64,000 nt of DNA from the NCBI GenBank assembly GCA_046582655.1, contig JAYGDX010000280.1:98493-162492 (forward strand). The letters are read 5' to 3'. How positions within the stretch are numbered: position 1 is the first letter of the stretch; the number at the start of each line of letters is the position of its first letter. The translations under genes were made by a program, and so were the position numbers. The notes under the pieces are model-generated. The model searched no databases and had not been told where the DNA came from. It saw nothing but the letters and a program-made list of their open reading frames with translations. Source of the stretch: Candidatus Poribacteria bacterium (GTDB lineage: Bacteria; Poribacteria; WGA-4E; UBA9662). Positions 19,645 to 28,978 of this stretch are shown here, one piece after another.

Positions 19645-20595
19645 TCAGCCTGATAAGAACCGATCAATCATCACTCCATATCGGACACCACGCGTACTAA
19701 CGTAGACATGATCAACTCCAACGTGATTCATTAAGCCACGTAAGATCAATGTCCCAGCCAGAATCACATCAGCCCGTTTGACCTCTAATCCGGGAATTCG
19801 GCGTAGGTCATCAATTGTCAGCGACCGAAACAGATCAATCTGATCTGAGATTTCTTTCTGATCAAGTACTTGGCCATGGACAACTGACAAATCCGGTTCT
19901 ATCAATCCAGATTCAACTACGGCTAAATTGACGATTGTCCCACCAATGCCTACTAACGAAATGGGCACTTGAGATTGTGTTGTCCAACCTTGGTTGATCA
20001 AGGTTTCCTGAATAAAAACCTCAATTTTTTGTATTTCCTGGTTGGTTGGTGGGTCATTTTCCACAAATTGATCTGTGATGCTTACAGCACCAAAAGGAAC
20101 GCTGCGGCAGATCAAGTCCCCATTATCTAAAAAAACCTGTTCTGTACTCCCTCCGCCGATATCTATTACCATCAATTCATGTGCTTCTAATCTTCGAAAT
20201 GCTCGATCTTCTCGAACTGAAAGATAGGACAAGTGCGCTTCAGTATCCGCTAAAATCACCTCGACATCCAACCGAAATTCATCTTGAACAAGATCAATAA
20301 AACTGCGGGCATTCTCAGCCACTCTGAGAACGTTGGTTCCGACGGCAACTGTTTGCTCAACACCGAGGATTTCCGTTTGTCTCAGGTATTGCCGAATAAC
20401 AGCACAAGTACGGTCTATAGACGACGATTGAAGGTGCAGGGTTGGATACAGACCTTGGCCTAGCCGCGTAATCTCTGTAGTATCAAGGATAACTTTGTAT
20501 TCTCGCGTTCTATTATTAACGTCACAAACCAGCAGAATTACAGAATTGGTTCCAATGTCAATTATTGCATAGCGATTGTAACTTGTGGAAGACAT
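19645..20595 (-). CDS. ppx: Ppx/GppA family exopolyphosphatase
   Basis: IIDIGTNSV, TRLGQG, EAHLSY, DIGGGSTE, GIGGT, RADVILAG, GVRYG. Confidence 0.9.
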   Translation of the reverse strand: MSSTSYNRYAIIDIGTNSVILLVCDVNNRTREYKVILDTTEITRLGQGLYPTLHLQSSSIDRTCAVIRQYLRQTEILGVEQTVAVGTNVLRVAENARSFIDLVQDEFRLDVEVILADTEAHLSYLSVREDRAFRRLEAHELMVIDIGGGSTEQVFLDNGDLICRSVPFGAVSITDQFVENDPPTNQEIQKIEVFIQETLINQGWTTQSQVPISLVGIGGTIVNLAVVESGLIEPDLSVVHGQVLDQKEISDQIDLFRSLTIDDLRRIPGLEVKRADVILAGTLILRGLMNHVGVDHVYVSTRGVRYGVMIDRFLSG

Positions 20596-20810
20596 ACCAG
20601 TTGATGTTAAGAAAAGAACATTTTTCTGTGGAAAAACAGTGACTCACTAAAAAAACATTGAAAGGAAGACAAACATGCGATCCTTGAAATTATAGCAAAA
20701 ATCACATTAACTCGATTGACAAATGACAGTAAAGTCATCTCAATCCAAAACCTACTATAGATTGATACTCGTATAATACAGTTGTCAATGGATAAACCCA
20801 TTCTCCATCA

Positions 20811-21296
20811 TTAGTTGCTCTTTTTGATAATCCCTAGCAGATTCCCTTTAAAATCTTTTTTTTGAAGAGATGTCCAATATGTAAGGAATTCTTGGTACCT
20901 TTCTTGACGCGTCTGACGATATCGCAGAATTAGCGTGTTGATACCTATGACATTTACACCTTCATTATCTCTTTGAGAAGGATCCTCCAGGTAATCCATT
21001 AAGGCATCCTGGCCAACGTCACAATCGTGAATGTCACCGAGTAACCTTTGTAAGTCAACCCAAACTTGAATCAACTCACCAAATTTCTTCCCGTAATTGA
21101 CAGAAAAAAATTCCATAGAATAACGAAGTCGTTTAATAGAAATCCGCATATTGTGTAATTCTTCAACATTTTGAGGATCATCAATGTATTTATCCCACGA
21201 GTACACCTCTGCTATTTTGATTGGCAGAATAATACTTGCATTCTTTCGATAACTTTTTTGGGATTTCAATCCCTCAATTTTCCATGCTTTAGCCAT
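20811..21296 (-). CDS. Short CHAD-domain protein
   Basis: LHNMRISIKRLRYSME and LQRLLGDIHDCDV. Confidence 0.85.
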   Translation of the reverse strand: MAKAWKIEGLKSQKSYRKNASIILPIKIAEVYSWDKYIDDPQNVEELHNMRISIKRLRYSMEFFSVNYGKKFGELIQVWVDLQRLLGDIHDCDVGQDALMDYLEDPSQRDNEGVNVIGINTLILRYRQTRQERYQEFLTYWTSLQKKDFKGNLLGIIKKSN

Positions 21297-21310
21297 TTTG
21301 ACCTCTTCGT

Positions 21311-21778
21311 TTACACTTTGAAGAACTTCAGAAATTTCTCATTGAATCCTTTTCTTTCTAAATTGGAAAACATCAGTAACATGAGCTCTCTCGCCATCTC
21401 ACGCTTTCGCTGTAATTGGCTAATAAGATTTTTAACACCAATTTGCTCATCTTCCGATAAAGATTTCGCGTCTTCTTCGAATTGGAAGATGAGAACGTCT
21501 AGATCCCGAACTACCCCCATTGTGCGAGTGATATTTTTAGTTTGTTTTAAGTACTTACGGAACTTCTTTGGAGAAAAACAGTCAGCGAAATTATCCATAG
21601 CTGCTCGGAGCCGCCGTGAGGAAACGCGCATATCGTGTACAAACTCGATGTCTGATCCATCAATCGCTCCCCCTTTGAAAGACATCATTTCATGAAACCG
21701 GGTAGTAATAATCCTTCGTGCACATTCTTCCAGACTCCTTCGTGGCATGATTCCTTCAACTTGCCATGCCTTTGCCAT
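21311..21778 (-). CDS. Short CHAD-domain protein
   Basis: DIEFVHDMRVSSRRLRA and MGVVRDLDV. Confidence 0.85.
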   Translation of the reverse strand: MAKAWQVEGIMPRRSLEECARRIITTRFHEMMSFKGGAIDGSDIEFVHDMRVSSRRLRAAMDNFADCFSPKKFRKYLKQTKNITRTMGVVRDLDVLIFQFEEDAKSLSEDEQIGVKNLISQLQRKREMARELMLLMFSNLERKGFNEKFLKFFKV

Positions 21779-21827
21779 ATATAGATTTCTCCCATAAATT
21801 CAGTTACACAGATAATCCATTAGCATT

Positions 21828-22462
21828 TCATAGATTAAATACATTCAATAGTTTAACACCACGTTCATATTTAGACTGGAAGTTTTGGAATTAAATTAAC
21901 TGATGAAATAATATTCTGGCAATTCCCTGATGAAACTTCAGATTCCCTCTTTTAATTCTAGCCTAGTTCATTCTCTTAAAAGAAATGGCTTCGACTAATA
22001 TCAGCATACTAGATACTATCAAAACAAAATCTCGAGATTCGCTGATCTAGAATTAAGATGCCATTTCTATCGTTTGTTCTGCACATACAATACGGGATGT
22101 ATCGAGTCCCTCCCCAAACAGATTATAGCAGTTTGAATAGATTCAACCTGGCAAGCACTAGGCAAGTTACTATCTAGAAGATGCCGGACCTGCGATTCGG
22201 TAATTGCCTCTTCGAGCCTCTGCGGACATGGTTTCCTATATTCCTTACCTTTAAATATCACTGCGTATTTCCCTTAATTTTGCCTAAGCCGGAGAGATTT
22301 TCTTCGACTGAAGAGTTGGGTACTTAAAGTATCAAAATAGACGTCACATCGAGAAATCTTTTCTTGACTAGTCAAATCATGACCCGCGATTTGATTTTGT
22401 GAACGGATTTGGTCGAACGTTCGTAATGTTTCAATATAAAATTTCGACTCGATCTCCTGAAA
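21828..22462 (-). pseudogene. CYTH/TTM-family (YgiF-like triphosphatase) pseudogene
   Basis: Manual translation gives QEIESKF (ExExK), DVYFDT, SLRLRQN*GKYAVIFK, later LELKRG and SKYERG; internal stops and frameshifts; no start codon. Confidence 0.8.
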
Positions 22463-22763
22463 ACAGGAAACTTATATTACACCTATATTGTTACGAAATC
22501 TGAAAGAAAATCAATATTACCTTAATACTCAGTTTCAAAATAAGAATTCTGCTTTTACACAACACAATTCTCCCAACTGCAATTACTTAACTAAGAATGA
22601 CTATTTTACTAACCGATAAAGCTAATTTGAAGTTCGCTGTTGCCACTAACCACACATCGTTTCCTTAGTAAAGATGCATAATTGGGTGAATGCATTTGAT
22701 TGATTACAGCTGAATTATGACATAAAAGACACGTTTTTCTAAAATCCCACACTATTTTTTAAC

Positions 22764-22791
22764 TTGAAATTATTGAATCTCCTTATATAAT
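22764..22791 (+). promoter_or_regulatory. Putative sigma70 promoter of pdxH
   Basis: TTGAAA-16 nt-TATAAT, about 30 bp before the ATG. Confidence 0.5.
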
Positions 22792-22823
22792 TTACGAGTG
22801 CTTTCCAGGTGGAATAACTTATA

Positions 22824-23459
22824 ATGGGTGAAAGAATCCGCGAAAAATACGCTCGTGCTGGTTTGGATGAGAGCGATCTCGCCGAAAATCCGATTATCCA
22901 ATTTCAAGCCTGGCTACAACAGGCCAAACAGGAGGAAATTGAGCTTCCAAACGCGATGACCTTGGCAACTGCTACAACGGATGGCTTGCCCTCTGCTCGC
23001 ATGGTAATACTTCGGGAAGCAAATAATGAAGGCTTCGTTTTCTACACTGATCTTACTAGTCAGAAAAGTCAGGAAATTGCATTGAACCCAAATGTTGCGC
23101 TTGTGTTTGATTGGAGACAGCTTGACCGCCAAGTCCGTGTGACAGGTAAAGTTCATCAGGTCTCGCAAGCCGAACTGGAAGCATACTTTTATAACCGACC
23201 AATCAGTAGGCAAATAGTTGATCTAATTGCCAAACAAAGCCAAGTTGTACCGAATCGGGAGTTTCTAAAAAAAACTTATCAAGATTTACTCGTCGAATAT
23301 GAAGGAAAAGAGCTATTGGTTCCACCACACTGGGGTGGGTTTCGAGTTTATCCCAACATGATTGAGTTCTGGCAAGGTCGACTGAATCAAATCAGTGATC
23401 GCCTGCGATATAACCGAAAATCGATAGATAGTTGGTGTGTCGAACGACTTTCGCCATAA
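22824..23459 (+). CDS. pdxH: Pyridoxamine 5'-phosphate oxidase
   Basis: PNAMTLATA, PSARMV, GFVFYT...K, RQVRVTG, WGGFRV, EFWQGR...DR, RLSP. Confidence 0.92.
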   Translation: MGERIREKYARAGLDESDLAENPIIQFQAWLQQAKQEEIELPNAMTLATATTDGLPSARMVILREANNEGFVFYTDLTSQKSQEIALNPNVALVFDWRQLDRQVRVTGKVHQVSQAELEAYFYNRPISRQIVDLIAKQSQVVPNREFLKKTYQDLLVEYEGKELLVPPHWGGFRVYPNMIEFWQGRLNQISDRLRYNRKSIDSWCVERLSP

Positions 23460-23505
23460 ACATTTCAGAAATCTTAATAAAAACTATCTATATAGGAGAA
23501 GAGAC

Positions 23506-23910
23506 ATGAATGGGAAATTTATTACACTAGCAGAGAGAGAAAGTGATGTACTGGATTGGGGGGTGATGGGGTGGTTAAGTCGCCCAACAACGACTGGTGC
23601 CAAAGATCTGGTTGTTATTGAAGTAACACTCGATCCTACTTTTGGGCATAATTTTCATAAGCATCCGGATCAGGAAGAAGTTATCTACGTTGTAGAGGGT
23701 GAAATTGAGCAGTGGCTGGGAACAGAAATGCGGATTCTCTCGGTGGGCGATTCAGTTTTTATTCCGGCCGATGTTGTTCATGCATCTTTTAACGTGTCAG
23801 ATCGACCAGCAAAGGTGATTGCCATTCTTGGACCATGTGCAGGTGAAGAAGGATACCAGTTGATTGAGGTTTACGACCAATCGCCATGGAATTCTCTCCG
23901 CAACAGTTAG
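23506..23910 (+). CDS. Cupin-domain protein
   Basis: HNFHKHPDQEE and GDSVFIPADVVH; AGGAGA RBS before ATG 23506. Confidence 0.85.
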   Translation: MNGKFITLAERESDVLDWGVMGWLSRPTTTGAKDLVVIEVTLDPTFGHNFHKHPDQEEVIYVVEGEIEQWLGTEMRILSVGDSVFIPADVVHASFNVSDRPAKVIAILGPCAGEEGYQLIEVYDQSPWNSLRNS

Positions 23911-23922
23911 TCATTGTCAGAT

Positions 23923-24993
23923 CTAGATCAACGATAGAAATTTATGGTTAGCACCAATCAACGGATATTGATTGATCTGATCAGTCTTGATCCATCGGTA
24001 ATCCTGTGCTTGGCCAAGTACTATTTTACCTGATTGATAGCGACATTCAAAAACTTCCATCGTTGTTTTAAAGTGTGTGTAGGTGTGTTTGGTCTGGGTC
24101 AGAAAGTTGGTGACTTCAATCTGTAGATTAAAATCCTCTTGAATTATTTGGCGACATACATCTTCTGGTGGGTCTTCGGTGTTATTTATCTCTCCATTTG
24201 GAAATTCCCAGAGTCCACCAAGCAGACCATCTGTTTGGCGCTGTGTGATCAGAATTTGGTCGCCTTTATGAATCACTGCCACTACCAGATGATAAGAAGG
24301 TATTGGTTTGCGCTGTAACCTTAATGGGAATTGATCTTGACGAGCAGTCTGAAAAGCAGCACAAAACATATGAACGGGGCAAATAGTACATAATGGCGAT
24401 TTAGGGCGGCATGTAATGGCCCCTAGCTCCATCATTGCTTGGTTGAATGTGCTTGGTTGGTCTTCGTCTAACAAAAAATTGGCTTTTTCTTGGAATAACC
24501 CTTGAGATCTGGTGGTATTAACCGGCGAATCAAGCATGAATATTCGAGCGATAACACGTTTGACATTTCCATCTACAGCGGCGTACGAATGACCAAAAGC
24601 GATGCTCTGTACTGCAGCGGCAGTGTAGTCCCCAACTCCCGGTAGCTTTCGAAAGGTGTTATAATCTGTTGGTATCTGCCCGCCCATGTCTGAAACCACA
24701 ATTTGTGCTGCTTTTCTCAGGTTTCTGGCGCGTGCATAGTAACCCAACCCTTCCCACTCTTTAAGCAATTCCTGCAAGTTGGCGTTGGCAAGTTGTTCAA
24801 GCGTAGGAAATTTGATCAAAAACCGTTGATAGTATTCAATAACTTTTCTGACCTGGGTTTGTTGTAACATTACTTCAGAAACCCAGATGTGATAAGGATC
24901 ATTAGTCTCACGCCAGGGAAGTGAGCGTTGGTTGCTTTCAAACCAGCTAATAAGTTTTTTTCGGAATTGTGTTGATGAGGAATCTAGGATGAT
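23923..24993 (-). CDS. mutY: A/G-specific adenine glycosylase; true start lies upstream of the called ORF and is non-canonical
   Basis: LPWRETNDPYHIWVSEVMLQQT, GLGYYARA, LPGVGDYTA, VDGNV, C-x6-C-x2-C-x5-C Fe-S motif, NUDIX-like C-terminus. Confidence 0.92.
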   Translation of the reverse strand: MILDSSSTQFRKKLISWFESNQRSLPWRETNDPYHIWVSEVMLQQTQVRKVIEYYQRFLIKFPTLEQLANANLQELLKEWEGLGYYARARNLRKAAQIVVSDMGGQIPTDYNTFRKLPGVGDYTAAAVQSIAFGHSYAAVDGNVKRVIARIFMLDSPVNTTRSQGLFQEKANFLLDEDQPSTFNQAMMELGAITCRPKSPLCTICPVHMFCAAFQTARQDQFPLRLQRKPIPSYHLVVAVIHKGDQILITQRQTDGLLGGLWEFPNGEINNTEDPPEDVCRQIIQEDFNLQIEVTNFLTQTKHTYTHFKTTMEVFECRYQSGKIVLGQAQDYRWIKTDQINQYPLIGANHKFLSLI

Positions 24994-26471
24994 AGTACCC
25001 GTTTTACAGCATTTCGCCAGGCACTTAATTTTTCTTGTCGTTGAAGGTCAGAAATTTGCGGTGAGAAAATCTGGTCAACCTGACGATATGATTCTAACTC
25101 ATCGATGTTTTTCCAGACGCCAACGCTAAGTCCTGCCAAATAAGCAGCACCAAGAGCTGTCGTTTCAATATGCCGAGGGCGTTCAACATTAATGCCAAGC
25201 AAATCAGCTTGGAATTGCATCAGGAAATTGTTTGCCGTTGCTCCACCGTCTACTCTTAACTGGTGGAGTTGTAGTCCTGCATCATGCATCATGGCTTCAA
25301 CAAGGTCTGCGGATTGAAAGGCAATCGATTCCAGCGAGGCGCGAACAATATGACTTGGAGTCGTTCCACGCGTTAAGCCTAGAATCGCCCCTTTGGCGTT
25401 TGGATCCCAATAGGGGGCACCAAGCCCGGTGAAAGCGGGTACCACGAAAACACCATCGGAGTCGTTTAAGCTTTCGGCTAGAGCCTCTGTTTCAGCAGCA
25501 GAATCGATAAAATGAAGTTCATCTCTCAGCCACTGAATAGCCGCCCCAGCTACAAAAACACTCCCTTCTAGTGCATATGTGGGTTTTTGATCTAGGCTAC
25601 ATGCTAGAGTAGTTAGCAAACCGGATTCTGATTGAATAGGTTGATCTCCCGTGTTCAAGAGGAGGAAACAGCCTGTTCCGTAGGTGTTTTTAGCAGCTCC
25701 AGGTTGAGTACAGAGTTGACCAAATAATGCTGCCTGCTGATCGCCAGCCATACCCGAAATTGGGATTGAATCTGGCAGGAATTCTAAATTCTTTGTTGTG
25801 CCAAATATATTTAAAGAAGGTTGCACTTCAGGCAGAATTGAAACAGGTACCTGAAAGATATCCAGTAATTCATCATCCCATTGTAAGGTGTTAATATTAA
25901 AGAGCATGGTTCGTGAGGCGTTGGTTTGATCTGTTGCATGGCTAGTCCCACCAGTCAAATTCCAAAGCAACCAACTATCAATTGTGCCAAAAGCGAGGTG
26001 CCCTCGATTAGCTAAGCTGCGGGCGTTGTCAACTTGATCTAGTATCCAAGAGACTTTAGTAGATGAAAAATAGGGGTCAGTGACTAAGCCTGTTTTTAAC
26101 TTAATCTTTTCTTCCAAACCTTGTTTTTTTAGGTCTAAACAGATCTCCGCGGTTCGACGACACTGCCAAACAATCGCCGGATGAATTGGATAACCTGTTC
26201 GTCGGTCCCAGATGACGGTTGTCTCACGCTGATTGGTGATGCCAATAGCAATAATCTGGTTTCGGGCATTGTGGAACGATACAAGATCTGCCATGATTTG
26301 ACGAGTCACTTCCCAGATTTCGGTCGCATCGTGTTCTACCCAGCCTGGTTTGGGATAGTGTTGGGTAAATTCGCTATACTCTTTGCCGACAATTTTGCCC
26401 TCTGTATCTATTAGCAAAATGGTGGATCCAGTTGTCCCTTGATCGATCGACAGGATATATTCACTTTGCAT
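24984..26471 (-). CDS. glpK: Glycerol kinase
   Basis: DQGTT, GITNQRET, WQCRRT, NASRTMLFN, GDQQAALFG, KNTYGTG, ALEGS, VDGG. Confidence 0.95.
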   Translation of the reverse strand: MQSEYILSIDQGTTGSTILLIDTEGKIVGKEYSEFTQHYPKPGWVEHDATEIWEVTRQIMADLVSFHNARNQIIAIGITNQRETTVIWDRRTGYPIHPAIVWQCRRTAEICLDLKKQGLEEKIKLKTGLVTDPYFSSTKVSWILDQVDNARSLANRGHLAFGTIDSWLLWNLTGGTSHATDQTNASRTMLFNINTLQWDDELLDIFQVPVSILPEVQPSLNIFGTTKNLEFLPDSIPISGMAGDQQAALFGQLCTQPGAAKNTYGTGCFLLLNTGDQPIQSESGLLTTLACSLDQKPTYALEGSVFVAGAAIQWLRDELHFIDSAAETEALAESLNDSDGVFVVPAFTGLGAPYWDPNAKGAILGLTRGTTPSHIVRASLESIAFQSADLVEAMMHDAGLQLHQLRVDGGATANNFLMQFQADLLGINVERPRHIETTALGAAYLAGLSVGVWKNIDELESYRQVDQIFSPQISDLQRQEKLSAWRNAVKRVLSS

Positions 26472-26474
26472 AGA

Positions 26475-28910
26475 TCACACTCCAAACCAATAGTTGATTT
26501 TCACTAAGAACAGGTTTAATCCATCGTCTGCAAATGTACTGGCAAATTGATCCAGAGGACGAAGTCGAAGATCCTCTGATGTAAGGCTTTTCCGTTCCGC
26601 TTCACGAGATTGTGACCAGACAACGAAAAGGGTACTACCTGGCTGGAATTCCCAACGAAGTACCATGTTGCTTCTAAGTGATCTGCGATAAAAATCTCGA
26701 TTTTTGTTCAAATTATACGGTCTGAAATCGTAAGTTTGAGGTTCAACTAACTCCTTAAAGTTCTGGTAGTCTCCGATTGCGATGAATGGTTGCATATAGA
26801 ACTGAAAGCTCAAGTTCGGTGTAAAACTCATGTTCAAGCGGGCAGTAAAGTCTAGAGTTATACTGTCTAACTCGCCATAAACATAGTGATCAAGTCCTTC
26901 GTTATCAGGAATTGTATCAATCCATTGTGCATATGAGAAACGTTGACTATAAGAAGGTCCTAAGCGGCATTCGATGTTGGATGTGGGTCTAATTTCCATG
27001 CTGAGACGGAGCCTTCGACTGTAGCTTAGTCCGTCATCTCGTCTCGAGAATCTCGGACTCAATCCAAAGCTAACCGCCTTTCGATCATCAGTATCTAAGT
27101 AACAACCAATTGACCAAGCTGAAGGTCGACGCCTCAGAACATCTCGATCATCATCAATGCTTTCGAAATCGTGATCAACTGAAAGGCGAAAGTCCCAGTA
27201 ATTTTTTAATTCACCCCAGATCCAAAAATCTGCTCCGTTGCTGACACGGATTCCATCGTAATTCCATTCTACCCAACTGTTAACACGAGCATAGCCTTTT
27301 CGAAACGGACCGATTGGATCGTCACGCCGCAGACGGCTGTCAAAACCACATTCTATTACGCCCAATTTTCGAATATCGCTAAAACCGAGGTCATTAACAT
27401 CATATCCAGGCGATTTGGTTGCAACCTGTGCTCCCCACCCGAGCCAGCCGCGTCGTTTATCAAATTCGAAATGTGCTAGATAACCGTCCTTGGGAGTGCC
27501 TGATTCTCCTGAACGGCTGGTTGAAAGGACACCGCTCAACTGGTACTTGTTATCATGAAACTTGAGATTCCAATCCAGCGCACCCATAAAGGCGGATTCC
27601 GAATCTTGGCGATTGACAGCAGTGGTGATGAGGCCGACTCGAGAATTACCAGCCAGAACATCTTGGTTAATTCGTCCAACAAAGTAGTTTGTCAGTGGTT
27701 CAATCAAATGATCTGTTTCGGTTGCTTCATCTTTTGCTTGGATTTTGGCGTATTCCGGAGCGGTAATAGCATTTAAAACTCCGAAGGTAGTCTGATTCTT
27801 AGTTTTACCAGTAAGTTTAACTGCAGAAAGGATGGTTGTCGCTTCTGGACGATCAATTTCCTGAGCTCCACTTGGAATTTCAAATCGTCCTGGTTGTTTA
27901 CCAATTCGGCGTGAGTAGAAAAGTTCGTAATCATCACTTCGAAAAATTGACGCACCTTCAACAAAAAATGGGCGTCGTTCATCATAGTAACTTTCAAAGG
28001 CAGAAAGATTTAATTCTGCCGGATCAGCTTCAACTTGGCCAAAGTCGGGGTTGACTGTGGCTATCACAGATGTGCCTGATGTAATTCCATAACGAACATT
28101 CCCGCCGATACTAGAAAACAGGCTTGTCTGATTTTCATGAATGGACCGTCCCATCAGGTATGGAGTTACCTCTAGATGACTGGGTGGTGAGATATTTCGA
28201 ATTCCTTCTAGATGTCCGAAGTACGATACCCACCCTGATTGTTCTCGAGTGATTAGCACCCAAAGGTCTCTTTCATTTTTTCGACTAATGTCTCGTAGAA
28301 CATTGATGCCCCAAACGTATTGACCTTTCTGTGTGAATCGAAGTACATGATATGGAATCTTAAATTCTGCGCTCCATCCTTGGTCATGGATCGTTGTTTT
28401 TGCTTCCCAAATACCATCCCAAGTTTTATCCCCCCCACGTCTGCCGGAAAGCGAACCATCATTTTGTACACCGGAAGCGTAGACTGAAAACCAATAGCCG
28501 GTTTGGTGATCATGGTATGGATCTAGATTAATTGAGATGCGATCCGAATCGAGCCGGCTATCACGTCGGCCCAATCGAGCCGAAATTTTATCGGGCTCGC
28601 TATCATAACAAACAATGCCGAAGTAAATGGCTTCATCGTCGTAAGCAATCTGAAAATTGGTTTTCTCGGTTGCGGGTTTTCCTTGTTCGGGATCCCTCTG
28701 AAGAAATCCACTAAAAGTCGGTGCTTCTCCCCAGATATCATCATCTAGGACACCATCAATTTCAGGTGGTTTTTGATGGATATTTATTGCGGTGGCAGAT
28801 TTAGGTGGTTCTAAACTTTCTTGGTGGGCTTTCAGGTCGGTTAGGACAATTACTTGGACTATTATAATTAATCCCCAGACGATTAACGAACAGGGATGAT
28901 TATTTGACAA
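26475..28910 (-). CDS. CBM9-like sugar-binding domain + DUF5916 outer-membrane-type protein
   Basis: PEIDGVLDD..W, WSAEFKIP, NPDFGQVEAD, ERRPFFVEG, LFYSRRIG; C-terminal VKINYW. Confidence 0.8.
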   Translation of the reverse strand: MSNNHPCSLIVWGLIIIVQVIVLTDLKAHQESLEPPKSATAINIHQKPPEIDGVLDDDIWGEAPTFSGFLQRDPEQGKPATEKTNFQIAYDDEAIYFGIVCYDSEPDKISARLGRRDSRLDSDRISINLDPYHDHQTGYWFSVYASGVQNDGSLSGRRGGDKTWDGIWEAKTTIHDQGWSAEFKIPYHVLRFTQKGQYVWGINVLRDISRKNERDLWVLITREQSGWVSYFGHLEGIRNISPPSHLEVTPYLMGRSIHENQTSLFSSIGGNVRYGITSGTSVIATVNPDFGQVEADPAELNLSAFESYYDERRPFFVEGASIFRSDDYELFYSRRIGKQPGRFEIPSGAQEIDRPEATTILSAVKLTGKTKNQTTFGVLNAITAPEYAKIQAKDEATETDHLIEPLTNYFVGRINQDVLAGNSRVGLITTAVNRQDSESAFMGALDWNLKFHDNKYQLSGVLSTSRSGESGTPKDGYLAHFEFDKRRGWLGWGAQVATKSPGYDVNDLGFSDIRKLGVIECGFDSRLRRDDPIGPFRKGYARVNSWVEWNYDGIRVSNGADFWIWGELKNYWDFRLSVDHDFESIDDDRDVLRRRPSAWSIGCYLDTDDRKAVSFGLSPRFSRRDDGLSYSRRLRLSMEIRPTSNIECRLGPSYSQRFSYAQWIDTIPDNEGLDHYVYGELDSITLDFTARLNMSFTPNLSFQFYMQPFIAIGDYQNFKELVEPQTYDFRPYNLNKNRDFYRRSLRSNMVLRWEFQPGSTLFVVWSQSREAERKSLTSEDLRLRPLDQFASTFADDGLNLFLVKINYWFGV

Positions 28911-28978
28911 AAATCCTCCTTAGGTATGTTGGTAATTGCAATTAATCACTGCTGATTAAGAAATCCTGATTATTTTGT

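Noticed and set aside
20607..20801. 64-aa minus-strand ORF between CHAD and ppx
   Set aside because: No recognisable motif; the region contains promoter-like TTGACA and TGcTATAAT elements.
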